NCBI GenBank assembly: GCA_043228905.1
Contig: JBHGNT010000005.1
Location: forward strand, 20,150,001-20,214,000
Source: Azolla caroliniana
Taxonomy: Eukaryota; Plantae; Polypodiophyta
Length of the DNA: 64,000 bases
Direction of reading: 5' to 3'
Shown: positions 26,963 through 40,391 of the stretch, one piece after another
Numbering within the stretch: position 1 is the stretch's first letter
How the letters are laid out: every line of letters starts with the position of its first letter
Notes under the pieces: model-generated
What the model saw: only the letters and a program-made list of their open reading frames with translations
What the model was told of the DNA's origin: nothing
Databases searched by the model: none
Made by a program: the position numbers and the translations under genes

Positions 26963-29900
26963 TGTCGCGTTGTTACGCGCGTGCGTGGAGAAAGGGGGGA
27001 CCACGGGGGCCTTGGACTAGGGAGTGATGGAGCGTAGGAAGTTGTGCTTCGCTGTTCCCGGGGCATCCCAGAAGCACACCGGAAGCAACCGAAGGGAGAG
27101 AGAGAGAGGGAGAGAGAGAGAGAGCGCGCGCTTAACACCGACTCACGCACTTACACGCACACACACGCACACACAGCCCAACCCGACTCACGCCCTTATG
27201 TACAGGGAACGCAGGAAAGGGGGAGCACCCGACACCAACAGAGACGCGAATATACACAGATAGACGCAAACGTATATATATATATATATAAAAGAAGAAT
27301 ACATTCCCGGCGTCGATCCGAACCGAGGTAGGTTACAGTAGTCGTCAGCTGCCAAGCCGCCGTCGGGGAGCTCACGGGCTCATCGCGCCGAGCGGGGTCT
27401 TGCGTAGGAGATGAGCTGAAGCAAACCCTAAGCGAACACGAAGGGGGGAAGAAGAAGAAGAAGAAGATGCTAACTCTAAACCTAACGGTATACCCTCTAA
27501 TGCAAAATGGGCAACCCTTTCACAAAGGGCGTTCCCTTCCTTTTATAGAACAAGGAGAGGGATCCGTTACAATGTGGGATAAATCCTGACTTATATGGGA
27601 TCGTCTGTCCCGACTTGACTACTCTTCGGCGCCATAAAGGCGCCCTCGTTATTCACACTAAATGTACATGGGTGCATACACACGCTGCACCCCGCCGATG
27701 TAGCCAATGTTTCCTGGTTTCCGCCTCTGGCCGAAATTCTTCACGACATCTGCCCCCACCTAACCGCACATCCACTGGTATGTGCCAAGTCCGGTTGAAG
27801 GGTGAGAGATTTCGGCCGGTGAGAAACCGGTCTTCCGTGATCCGCATCCCGGCTCGCTGCCGGTTTGACCCGTCGGCTTCGATTCTTCCTTCGCGCTTAC
27901 GTCCCCGTAGGCTCGTTCGACCCATCGATGGGCCCTCTGCCGCAATCTCCGTAGTACGCGTACTTCTGTTGACCCTTGTTCGGCCGTATGAACGCCTCGC
28001 TTCCCGCCTTACACCCGATGTCCTCCGCTTGAGGCATGCCCGTAGTGGCCCGCTTGGCCCTTCCCGTCTTCGTGCTGCTGCAACAGGTCCCGAGTCTTCC
28101 GTTTGCCGTCGTCCCCTCGCCCCCACCAGCTTGTCATCCCGGCTTGCCGAGTGTGTCATCTTCGCTACTTTGACGGAGCTACCGAGATCTACGAAGCGAG
28201 TGTGGAGGATCCTCCTGCGGCCTCTCTTGCCATCCCCTGACTCCGACCCTATGCAGTCCGCTAGGCACTTGTCACCTCATTCCCGACACCTCCCTTGTGC
28301 CGTCTTTCGCTTCCTTCGTTCGGCACCGCCCGTGCCGAACACTGTCCCGTAGTCACGCTTTGATCCGGCCCGCGATGGCCACTTGCGAGACTCTTATTCC
28401 GTCCCAGGTGTGCCTTTCCGGCCTGACACACCTCCCTGTGTTCGCCCTACCGGCTACTTCCGAGACCGTAACCGGCCAGTGAGGGTTTCGCACTTCGTCC
28501 GCCCGTCTTACCGACTCCCGATCCGCTACCCTATGTCGTTGGGTCCCGTTCCCTGCCGCCACCGTCCTTCTCCCTAGGTCTCACGTTGCCATGTTGGCCG
28601 AACTGTCGGAGTCTCCAGATCGGTGTGAGGGTCCCATAGGACCTGTCTTTGTTTCGTTGCTTGCCGAGATCCGGGTGTCTTTTGTCGGAGTCCCTCCCGG
28701 ACTCTCCTCGTCTCTTCTGCGTAGTCAGGTCCCGTTTCCCGCCGCCACCTTCCTTCTCCCTCGGTCTTACGTTGCCACGTTGGCCGAACAGCCGGAGTCT
28801 CTGGTTAAGTGTGGGGATCCCATAGGACCGGACTTCCTTACGCCCTTGCCTTCGTCACCTCGCTGCCACCGTCAGTATCTTGGTCTTACGTCGACCGCGT
28901 TGCCGACTGCCGAAGTCTCTAGAACCGGTGTGAAGGATCCTGCTTGGGCCTCCCGTCCGTAGCCCTTTTGCCTTCGTCACCTTGCCGCCACCGTTAGTAT
29001 CTTGGTCTTACATCGACCGCGTTGCCGACTACCAACGTCTCTAGAACCGGTGTGAAGGATCCTCCTTGGGCCGCCGATTTGTAGTCCTGAACCTGTCCCG
29101 GGTCGTCCTTTTCCGCATGCCGAGAGGGCGTTTTGTTCCGCACCTTCTCCCGTGGTACCGGCGTACCGTCTCCTCGGCCTCTCCGTAGGCCTACTCTCTT
29201 CCTCCCTCCCGGAATGGTCATCCGAGAGTCCGCTCCGCCCGGTTCTCGTCCGGGTCCGTTCGTCCTTCTCTGAATTGCCGGGTCCCGTTCTCCTATCGCC
29301 ACCGATCTCTCCTATAGGACTTACGCCGGCACTCAGGCCGGCAGCCGGATCGGTGTATGGAACTCCATAGGACCGGCTCTCATTCTCGTTCCAACTCTCG
29401 ACCTTCGCCCGGTCGGTCTTTCTCCCCATGTAAAAGAGGGCGGCTCATCCCGCACCCTCTCTCGTATCGGCACCTTCATGCTGAATCCGGCCCCGATCGA
29501 ACAATCCACGACTGGATCACGCTCCAACCGTATCGGAATGCCGATCTCCTCATGCCGCGTCCGTCCTCGGCCTCCTCACAGGCCGTTTCCCATCCGTCTT
29601 CGCTGGCGTCGTGCCAGGACTCCTCAGTACCGCCATCCATCTCCTCGGTCTTCCATGGGCATACAGGCCCGAATGCCGAGTTCTCCGGAATCGGGTCTGT
29701 GGGCTTTCGTCCGCTCCTTCCCCGTATCGTCTCGCCGGTGATTCCTTGCCTTTCGCCGCCGCCTTCCTCCGCTTGGGACTCACGTGGGCACTCGGGCCCG
29801 ACTGCTATCGTCTCGGGAGCAAGTGTGGGAAGACACAAAGAATCGCCCACCCGTTTTACGCCCTTGTCCGTAGCCACCGACTCTTCGTGGTCGGCGGTCG

Positions 29901-30930
29901 TCTTCTTACCGATCGCACAAGCCCCGTCTTGGCTCGCTTCTCCAATGACCGGGGTTCCGGGTTGACACGCCCGAAACCGCTGGTCCCAACGTTCCGGTTC
30001 CGCGATCTGTATCTCGGCCTCGTCCTTGGCCGTTCTATCTCCGCAAGTCGAGAGGGCGTTTTGTTCCACACCCTCTCCCGTGGTACCGTCGTACCGATCT
30101 TCCGCCGTCGCGTGGGGCAAATCCGTCTCCTCAGTCTCGGCTTGCGGCCTCCGTCTTTCCTCTTCCTCGAGCATCGCCTCGAGAGCTGCGTACGCCTCCG
30201 CAATCCTAGCCCAACGCCGACCCTTGCCGTCTCTCTTTGCCGTTCGGCCTCTTCCCGCTATCCTCTGTATGCCTTCAGGAGCGCCTCTTCGAAGGCCTCC
30301 CACGAACTATGAGCCTCACGGAGCTCCTTTATTTCCGCATGCATCCGGACAGCCACGACCCGACAGAAGAACTCCAGCCTCAACACCTCGTCTACGCCAC
30401 GCTCCTCCATTTCCGCGTTGTAGGCTTCCAAGTAAGATGGGACTTTGTCCCCGTTGAAACGGCCGACTCTTTCGACCACTCGCTCAACCGCTTGTTGCGC
30501 TGCTTCTCGCCTCATCACCACTCGTGCTGACTTCAACACCACTTTGGCCACCATCTCCGCAAGGTCGTCGTCTTCCGACTCCATCCTGCCTTGCCGCCTT
30601 TCATGTCGGGTTCACCAAATATGTCGCGTTGTTACGCGCGTGCGTGGAGAAAGGGGGGACCACGGGGGCCTTGGACTAGGGAGTGATGGAGCGTAGGAAG
30701 TTGTGCTTCGCTGTTCCCGGGGCATCCCAGAAGCACACCGGAAGCAACCGAAGGGAGAGAGAGAGAGGGAGAGAGAGAGAGAGCGCGCGCTTAACACCGA
30801 CTCACGCACTTACACGCACACACACGCACACACAGCCCAACCCGACTCACGCCCTTATGTATAGGGAACGCAGGAAAGGGGGAGCACCCGACACCAACAG
30901 AGACGCGAATATACACAGACAGACGCAAAC

Positions 30931-30966
<36 letters not shown>

Positions 30967-31425
30967 AGAATACATTCCCGGCGTCGATCCGGACCGAGGT
31001 AGGTTACAGTAGTCGTCAGCTGCCAAGCCGCCGTCGGGGAGCTCACGGGCTCGTCGCGCCGAGCGGGGTCTTGCGTAGGAGATGAGCTGAAGCAAACCCT
31101 AAGCGAACACGAAGGGGGGAAGAAGAAGAAGAAGAAGAAGAAGATGCTAACTCTAAACCTAACGGTATACCCTCTAATGCAAAATGGGCAACCCTTTCAC
31201 AAAGGACGTTCCCTTCCTTTTATAGAACAAGGAGAGGGATCCGTTACAATGTGGGATAAATCCCGACTTATATGGGATCGTCTGTCCCGACTTGACTACT
31301 CTTCGGCACCATAAAGGCACCCTCGTTATTCACACTAAATGTACATGGGTGCGTACACACGCTGCACCCCGCCGATGTAGCCAATGTTTCCTGGTTTCCG
31401 CCTCTGGCCGAAATTCTTCACGACA
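26963..31425 (-). mobile_element. Non-autonomous gag-only Ty3/gypsy-type LTR element; LTRs 26963-27748 and 30622-31425; TSD ACGC
   Basis: Near-identical TGTCG...CGACA LTRs. PBS TGGTGAACCCGACATGAA at 30600-30617 fits tRNA-Trp. PPT GGTTAGGTGGGGGCAGA adjoins 27749. No pol motifs found. Confidence 0.92.
29476..30584 (-). CDS. Gag-like ORF of the non-autonomous element (frame change near 30260-30300)
   Basis: ATG about 15 nt after the PBS; GRFNGDKVPSYLEAYNAEM...SWEAFEEALLKAY resembles a Ty3 capsid N-terminus; continues as an acidic low-complexity ORF. Confidence 0.6.
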
Positions 31426-31887
31426 ACGCAAATGAGGCTTATGTACATAATTAAAACATATGTAAATATCGAGTATTGATAAGTATTAGGTAGAGTCTCT
31501 TAATAGGTACTTTATGATCACACGTATAGAGAGGAATAATGGATTGATGGGAGAAAATCTAGGAGAAAAGCGGTTGTCTTAACAGCCTGATGTAACGTCT
31601 TCTCGCTCTCCTTGAGTTATAAAAGGAGAGAGAGAAGGGAAAGGGGGGGGGAATGGATGATTTGGGAGAATGAAGCACTGCTGGACCGAGCTCTGCAGAT
31701 TTCTGCTTCCTATTCTATGTATTCGCCGAGTGGTAGTGAGCCCTCTGTTTTGCATTGGAAACTTGTGTGCTCCCAATCAGAGGCTCACTAGGATCTGTTT
31801 GTGTGCACGCTTGGAGAGCTCGAAGCTCTATTGCCGAACAAGTCCGGTTGTATTTTCACTGGTCGATTAATCCATTTTCGATTGTTT

Positions 31888-31923
<36 letters not shown>

Positions 31924-32369
31924 TGAGCATGCATTCCCCTTTCTATTTTTCTTCATTCATTTCGCGCGTTGTCGTAGTGTATTCCACACACTACGTGAAA
32001 ACTATAAAATAATATATCCGATTTTAGATACATATAAATAAATAAATAATATATCAAAATATTTATCACATGCATAGGGCAAGATTCAAACCCTACACCT
32101 CCACATAGATAAACCTCAACCTTACCATTGTAATAACTTATCTTTAGTGTTATACATATAGATTTAATACGTATAAGACCTTTATTTTCACATACCTTTA
32201 TTAAAAGGTAAAAATCATGTATTCTTTAGGGTGTGAATATTTTATTTACACGTGACATTAAAAGTGACTCATGCACATCTAGCGTGCATGAGCCCTATAC
32301 TTAGGAAATGACAAAGCATCACATGCACATTTAGTGTGCATGGACACTTTTGGTGAAAAAGCATGAAGC

Positions 32370-32937
32370 CATGCTTAGCCTCTTCCATCTTTATATAAGG
32401 AGGAGAGAAATATGTATAAGGTTGTTGATTAATATACAAGGATTGATCAATCTAATATATTCGTGGGATGCACGAATTTTGCCATCTAAATTACTCTTAT
32501 AATCTAAATATTGTTTTAAATACACTAAACTCGTGGGATTCACGAGATTGCTATCTTACTTCTCTTTCTACTATTCATAACTAGCCTTAAGTTGCATTCC
32601 TCTTCCTCCTAGTCCAAAACCTCGGCGGTTCCCACTCGACTCACGCAACGATCCGGAGCCGAAAGGCACGACAACGTGGCTTGTGTTTTCCGAGCCCGTG
32701 TGCTCATCAGTTGGTTTCAGGCCACTAGTCTAGAATAGTATACGTGTTCGAGCTTGTGTGCTCATCTTCTAGTATCCAATGACCGGTCCAAATCGGTGGC
32801 GTGCTCGAGATCGTGTGTCGGCGAAGTCATCTGGAGACTATCCAGTTAAACTCCTCACCCTCTCTTCACCGGCTCCTTAGTTTGAGACCCCAGTGGTCCC
32901 ACCCCGTTCCAACACATACAAACGAAATTCCGCGACA
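32370..32937 (-). mobile_element. Gypsy-type LTR remnant
   Basis: Ends GAAATTCCGCGACA (compare GAAATTCTTCACGACA of the 26963 family) and has a similar CTTTTATA..AAGGAG TATA block; left boundary uncertain. Confidence 0.5.
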
Positions 32938-33761
32938 ATGTACCAATGTGTGCTATTCTATTAAATAGGTCCAACATAGGCAATTAGTGTTGGATGCTCT
33001 TTTAATAGCATTGAAGTACATGTCAGTACTTCTAAATGGCCTTGACAGATGGGCTTGTATATATAAAGTGCACATAAGCACTATGTAAGGAACAAAGCAT
33101 TAAGCATCTTTTGTAATAGAATTTTCTATTATCCGCTCACTCTCAGTCACTCTCTCTCTTTTGTACTATGTGTTCTGTGTTGATCTATTCATTTTCTGGA
33201 TAACTGACCGACTGACTGTTTACAAGCTTCCGCATATTGTAAATATTTACAACACGTAGAGTTTCACACATAGAAACACAAGTATATTATAAATACTCAC
33301 ACTATACATAAAGGTGCACATAAGCACTAACAAGGTATACGTAAAAGGAACCCACAATAATTGCAATTAACATGGTTATGAAATTTGAGTGCAATTAACA
33401 TGGTTATGTAATTAGTAACACTGTAATGGTGTTTATGATCTTGACTTCCAATTATCAACTCTTTAACGAGTTTAGGATGAAACCGTGTACTCTCCTACAC
33501 AAATGCACATGGAATCTTTATTAGATATAAGATCAAGCATGAATATGCAATAAAAAGATTTGAATTATAAAGCATGTGAACAATGAGTACTTCTAACTAA
33601 GATTGGCCACCTTATGCCCAACTTCCGTCTAGCCCATATGCTTGAGTAAGCGCATAAACCTAAATCGAATTGATGAAACTTTACGAGATGAAAATTTAGG
33701 GGCATCTTCATGCAATCATATACCTAAGGGGGGAGGTGATGGACAACAGAAGAAAGAAGAG

Positions 33762-33859
33762 AAAAAATTTGAACAATTTTTGTTCATGTCATCCTTGTGC
33801 AAGGGCCATGATGCTAATCTTCTTAGTATCATTCCAATTATTAGATTCCCCTAAAGGAA
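33762..33859 (-). pseudogene. Degenerate U6 snRNA duplicate
   Basis: TGTCATCCTTGTGCAAGGGCCATGATGCTAATCTTC..GTATCATTCCAAT aligns to U6. The ACAGAGA box is broken, USE is mutated (GTCACACATA) and flanks are homologous to the intact copy. Confidence 0.88.
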
Positions 33860-34067
33860 GAAGCAACATGAATTGCTCCATATATATATATATATATCTA
33901 GTATTTAAATTTTATTACCTCTATATGTGTGACTGATTACATCTATTTACTCATATGGATGAGAAGCATATCATGGGAGCACGTGCATGCCTTCATGCTA
34001 TGGTGTACTATCGTTCCTTTGTGCCACCCTTTTTTCCATAAAAAATATCCTCCATTGGTATTAAAAT

Positions 34068-34718
34068 TAGCAATGGGCACGGTTTCGGCTCAAACCGAAC
34101 CAAACCGTTAAGCCATGGCTTAACGGTTTATGGGTTCAAAGATAAATAAACTGTTGGTTTGGTTTCAAATATTATGATCCGGTTCGGTTTTGGTTCGGTT
34201 CAGTTTTGAATTTCACGGTTTAGCGGTTTCGGCTTATGTGGTTTGGTTTAAAGGTTTAAAAGTTTTGAAGGTTTGAAGGTTTATAGGTTTATAGGTTTGG
34301 TTTGGTTTTGATTTATGATCATAGTTCCTAATATTCGCGTACGTCCAATTTACTGGACGTACGCGAACGTTTGCAAACGTACGCGTATGATACGCGATAT
34401 TCGTTTGACTTTTTTTTATTTTTTTGACTTTTTTTAGTTTTTTTAATTTTTGATATTCATAATATTTTGTGAATAGAAGTGACATCTGACACACATACAC
34501 ACACACACTCTCTCTCTCTCTCACACACACACGAGAACTGACAGATTTTCTCTCTCTACAAAATCTAGATATCTAATATACATATTACATACTCCCTCAC
34601 ACAGACAAAACCCATAGCTCCTCTCTCTCTCTCTCTCTCTCTCTCTAGAGTCTAGATATACACTCAATCACTGTCTCCTCACACATGCAAAACAGGGCTT
34701 CTCTCTCTAGACCACACA

Positions 34719-34755
<37 letters not shown>

Positions 34756-35084
34756 CCTCAAACACACACACACACTATGTACACGATATACACCATATGT
34801 ATATATAATATATCTATGTACCGCGTATGGATTTCAATCATACTTGGAGCCTTTTCACGTATGAGTATGATACGAATATTGGCGTTTGAGTATGACACGA
34901 ATGGGACGTATGGCTAGAACTATGTTTATGATAAACCGAATTGGTTTGGTTCTAAATTTTTCATAAACATTTTGGTTTAAATGGCTTCATAAAATTTAAA
35001 TAGTTTGGTTTGGTTTTTAATATAAATAAATTGTTTGGTTTGGTTTCAAGGCAAAGAAACCAAACCGAACCGCTCCCATTGCTA
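34068..35084. mobile_element. hAT-type MITE with TIR TAGCAATGGG and 8-bp TSD ATTAAAAT
   Basis: TSD at 34060-34067 and 35085-35092; many subterminal AAACC(G)/GGTTT motifs. Confidence 0.9.
34320..34924. mobile_element. Nested hAT-type MITE with TIR CATAGTTC and 8-bp TSD TTTATGAT
   Basis: TSD at 34312-34319 and 34925-34932; subterminal CGTA(C) motifs; central CT/CA microsatellites. Confidence 0.88.
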
Positions 35085-38000
35085 ATTAAAATTAAAGGAA
35101 AACTATATACATATATTGTGTTGCATCTGTTCAAAACTAATACAACCCCTCCTTGGCATATCCATAGTCTCTATAGCCTCTTTTTAGTGCATTCCATGAG
35201 ACGATATTTGAAACCATAATTGTGCTAAATGTTTTCTGCACAATTTCTCCGTTTGAGCATATCTGGAAATTAAACTAGACCATTCAAAAAGACTTCTTGC
35301 TTGTCTTATGCCAAAGGCTTGTTAATATTCAAGCATACTTCTCAATAAGGCACTTGTTTGTGTGACCTTCATGGTTTACGAGGACATTTGAACATGGAAG
35401 TTGTTCCCTTTCTGTATATCTCCCATGTTGCCACATACTTTCAACATACTAGAAAATGTCATCATATTAGGTAAGAGGCCTTGCACAAGCATTTGAAGAT
35501 AGTTGTATAGCATCCTCATTCTTATCATGCTCAGGATAGCCCAATAACATGGTAGTCCATTGTACCGCATCTCCAAGCAACAATAATCCATCAAAAAACT
35601 CTCGGACTTCAATTATTGGTTCACATTTATTGTACCAACAAAAGGATCTTTTTTAAATCCCTTTTTTGCATTATCACCATGTAATTCCCCTCCTCTTGTT
35701 AGAGACTCTAAGCCAAAACAAGCTTTCAAGAAACAGACAAATTAAGCAAAGTCAGGAGAAATTTCTTCTACTTGCATTTGTTCTAGGCCATAAAACACTT
35801 GCTTTTCGAGCCTATAGTTAGTATATCCAGATGCAATCACCTTCCATTATCAGACCACCTTTGATGTACATATCAATCAAAGAGTCCCACAAGCATTTAT
35901 TACACTTATATAGGTCATTGCTCCAAGAGGGAATGCCATCATTTCCATCTGTTGTAAAAACTAACAAACATAGGGTGTCTTCAATGTTGAGAAGCAAGCT
36001 CAACAAAGGTATGTGATGCTTATTGAGAAATAAGCTATAATAGCTATTCGCTAATTAGCTACTAGTGGACATAAGGGTGAAACAGCTATTTAGCTATGCA
36101 TAGCTATTTAGCTACTAGCAGCTAATTAGCTGCATATATAAGTCACTTATGTACTTAGGTAAAAACTAGGAAAGTGAGTAAGAGTGAGAGTAGTGTAGAG
36201 AGAGTAAGAACAGAAAACAGAAAACTAACGAGAGCGAGTTGAGCTCTGCGTGTAATGGAATAGAAGCTTTTGGACTGTGCAAGGGTAAGTCTCCTTCCCC
36301 TTCCCCTTTCGGTTTTGAGCACTAAACGATCTAGCACATCACGATCCGCTGTGCACAGAGAAGAGCCGTAGTGCCTTCATAACATGGTATTAGAGCAGAG
36401 TTGCTAAAAAAGATTAGAACAGTACAGATCTGAGAAAGGTTGTTTCTCTGTTTGTTGATCTGAATTAGAGAGTTGTTTGTGAAGTTAATCATAAAAAAAG
36501 TCGTAATTGAAAGAGAGATGGCTGCTGAAAATGCAAGCCAAATAGTCACAGAAAAATTAGATAAAAACAATTTCCCGGTGTGGAAATTCAAAATGACAAA
36601 TTTCCTGATGGGAAAAGGATATTGGGATTACATTGAAGGAGACCTAGAAGAGGCTCCAGAGATCCCAGAACAAAATGCAACTGCTGCACAGATTAAAGCA
36701 TTTAAAGAATGGAATCAAGGGGCAAGAAAGGTATTGCATTGACTCTCACTTAGCATCTCAGATTCGATGCTTGGACACATACAAGATGTTAGGCTTCCAA
36801 AAGAAGCTTGGGACAGTTTAGTAAAACTGTTTGCAGTGAACACAAAGGCTAGAAAGCTTTAGTTGAAGACTGAGCTAAATACCTTGGAAAAAGGTAAGAT
36901 GTCAGTGAATGAGTATGCTCTGAAAATAAAGAGACTATGTGAATCACTTGCTTTTATCAATGTGAAGGTAGAAGATGATGATAAGTTGGAAATATGCTTG
37001 AGAGGTTTAGGACCTCAATATAAAAGCTTCAAAACATCTATTCTCACAAGGGATATCATCCCAAGTTTTCCAGATCTGGTTTCAATGCTTGTAGTGGAAG
37101 AAAGAAATTAGATGGATGATGTAAACAAAGGAAACTCTAAGATTGAGGGGCAAGCCCTCTACAATAGTGTTGGAAGAGGCCGAGGAAGAGGCCATTTAAG
37201 ATTTGGTTCAGCTAGAACCAACAACAATGATCAAGGAAGAGGACAACAAGTTGTAAGTGGAAGAAACAACATCAGAGGTAGGGGGAGCAATCAAGGTAGA
37301 GGTAAGCAAACTTATTTGAATGATGATGGCTGAATGCTATAAAAAGCAAAATGATGAAAAAAGAGGGAAGAGACAACAAAATAATTATGCCTCAACCAGT
37401 GAAGACTGTGATAAAGATGGTGCATTTGTGGTGCAACATGAAACAACAACAGTGGCTGAATGTTCATAGAGATGCAATGAATAATTTGTGGTATGTAGAT
37501 TCTAGGGCATCTAATCATATGCCAAGAGATAAAAACTAGTTTGAAAGTCTAAGAGAACAAGAGATTCCCGGTTATGTGCAGACAAGTGATAATACTAATC
37601 ACCAAATAGAGCATGTTGGAGATATACCATTGTGGGAAGAAAAAGGAAAAACAAAGTATATGCTGAATGTGATGCATGTTCCAAACCTTGCAAAAAATCT
37701 GATTTTTGTTGCACAGATAGTAGATCAAGGAATGCAAGTTAAGTTTAAGAAAAGTGGATGCTTTATAGAGAAACAGGGAAAGCTTATTGCAAAAGGAAAA
37801 TGAGAAGGAAGGTTGTTTGTGTTAGATGTGGATATGCCTAAAAAGATTACAACCATGTTTGCAGAAGGAATGAGTGTAATCTCAAATGCGGAAATGTGAC
37901 ATAAAAGAATTGGTCACATAAGTATGCAAACCTTGAAAAATATGTTGAGGAAAAATGCAGTGGCTGGACTGCCTAAGTTGAAAGATTGTGAGATGAGCAA

Positions 38001-40391
38001 AATATGTGAAGCATGTCAATATGGAAAACAAAACAGGTTGCCTTTCCCTCATGAAAGACATGTAAGCAAAAATTTGTTGGATTTGGTACATACAAATGTA
38101 TGGGAACCAACAAAAAATGCATCAATTAGTAGATGTAAGTTTTATGTAACATTTATTGATGTTTTGTCAAGGAAAATATGGGTTTACTTCATGAAAGAAA
38201 AAAATGAAGTATTTGATTGCTTTCGTAAGTTTAAATGCATGGTAGAAAAGTAGGCTGGAACTAGAATAAAATGCCTAAGATCTGATGGAGGAGGAGAATA
38301 CTTCTCAAATGAATTTTCTGATTTTCTGTGCAATCAAGGAATAAGGAGACAGTTTACATGTAGATATACTCCACAACAAAATGGAGTTGTTGAGAGAAAA
38401 AACAGAACTCTGGTGAACATAGCAAGAGCCATGATGACTGAAAAGAATATGCCATTGTATTACTAGGTAGAAGCTGTAAACACAACAAACTTTATTCTAA
38501 ATAGATGTATAACATTTGGAGTACATGAAGTAACTCTTGAAGAATGTTTCTATGGAAGGAAACCTAGTTTAGGACACTTAAAAGTGTTTGGATGCCTTGC
38601 CTATGTTCATGTACCTGCTAAAGTAAGAAGTAAGCTTGATCCAAAAGCTGAAAAATGTGTTCTTGTTGGATATTTAGAGGAGCAAAAAGGGTATAGATGC
38701 TATAACCCTTTGACAAAAAAGATTGTGGTAAGTCGGGATGTAATATTTGATGAGTTGGGTAGTTGGTACAACCCAAAAGGAAATGTAGAAATTGATGAAG
38801 ATTGTGAAAATGAAGACAAAGAAAAATCTGAAAATGGGAGAGATTGTCATGGAAATCGAAGCAACGTTGGACAACAAAGTTCAACATCAATGGAATGTAC
38901 TGAACCATCTGGAAGCTCAGGTAGTAAATCAGAATTAATGCATGGAGTGGAAAAAATGCAAGACACAAAAAATATGATGATAAAAAGGGAAAACAGAAAA
39001 TGCCAGAATATGAAATGCTTGATGATGGGTCTAGAAACATGGAAGACGTAGATTCAGATACATCATTGGATGATGAGCTTGGTATAGGATCCCTGAAAAT
39101 CCCTCGTATGGAAAAAGCAATGAAGGATGTAAATCAGAAATTGAGAAGATCAGATAGAGAGAAAAAGACTGTTGAAAGATTTGGCTATGACACATGACAC
39201 ATATATGGCTATGCATTACGCATACATGTCTAAAGTGGTACAAATCCTTGATCCAAATAGTTTTGATGAAGCAAAATCTGATAAGAAATGGGTGAATGCA
39301 ATGCAAGAAGAAATAGATGCATTGGCTGAAAACAGAACGTGGGATTTGGTAAAGTTACCGAAGGGAAAAAATGTTGTAGGTTGCAAATGGGTCTACAAAA
39401 CAAAGCATGATTCAAACGGAAATGTTAGTAGACATAAAGTAAGACTTGTTGCAAAGGGATATGCCCAGATGCAAGGAATTGATTATGATGAAACATTTGC
39501 ATTGGTTGCAAAGATGGCAACATTGAGAACACTACTTGTTGTGAGTGCAGCCAAAAGATGGGTTCTGCACCATATGGATGTAAAAAATGTTTTTTTACAT
39601 GGTAACTTGGAAGAGGAAGTATACATGTGTCAACCACCAGGTTTTGAAGATAAGATGCATCCAGAATATGTATGTAGGCTGAAAAAGGCTCTCTATGGAT
39701 TGAAACAAGCACCAAGAGCATGGCATAAAAAACTTTTAGAATCTCTGAAAACATTTGCTTTCAAAATGTCAAAGGCTTATCCATCATTGTATGTAAAAAG
39801 GATAAATGATTGCATTGTTGTTATCTTGATATATGTTGATGACTTAATCATTGGAGGTGATTCCATGGATGAAATAAGAAAGCTAAAAAAAAATCTGGAA
39901 ATGCAATTTCATATGAAGCATTTGGGAGAGCTGAGATACTTTCTTGGTATTGAGATGATCAGATCTGAAAGTGGTATATATATGTTGCAAAAACAGTATG
40001 CAAAAACTATGTTCAAGAAGTGTGGTATGCTTGGATGCAAACCTACTAGTGTACCACTAGATAAGAACTGCAAATTGAGGGCTGATTTGGGAGCCAAAAT
40101 AGAAGATGTAAACATGTACAGGTCTATGGTGGGTAGCCTCATATATTTGACCATAACAAGACCTGATTTGAGTTATGTTGTTGGATTAGTCAGCCAGTTT
40201 ATGCAATAGCCAACAAAGCCACATTTGGACTACATAAGGAGAATTTTGAGGTATGTAAAAGCTACTAAAAATTATGGACTGTTTTACAGGGCTGATCTGG
40301 ACATAAAGTTGGAAGGATATACAGATGTTGATTGGGCTGGAAGCCAAACTGACAGAAGATCCACAAGTGGATATATGTTTACATTGGGAAG

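Larger units (their letters stand above)
26573..31987 (+). mobile_element. Copia 3' end remnant: PPT (TTGAGGGGGAC) and LTR (from 26709), split by the 26963-31425 insertion
   Basis: LTR starts TATTGAGTGATCAAGCTCAACA and ends GTAGTGTATTCCACA, resembling the LTR ends of the 35985 family. Confidence 0.6.

Noticed and set aside
32988-33254. Solo LTR related to 21366-21809
   Set aside because: Homologous blocks are present, but the flanks (ATTAG/CGTAG) do not form a TSD and the left boundary is unclear.
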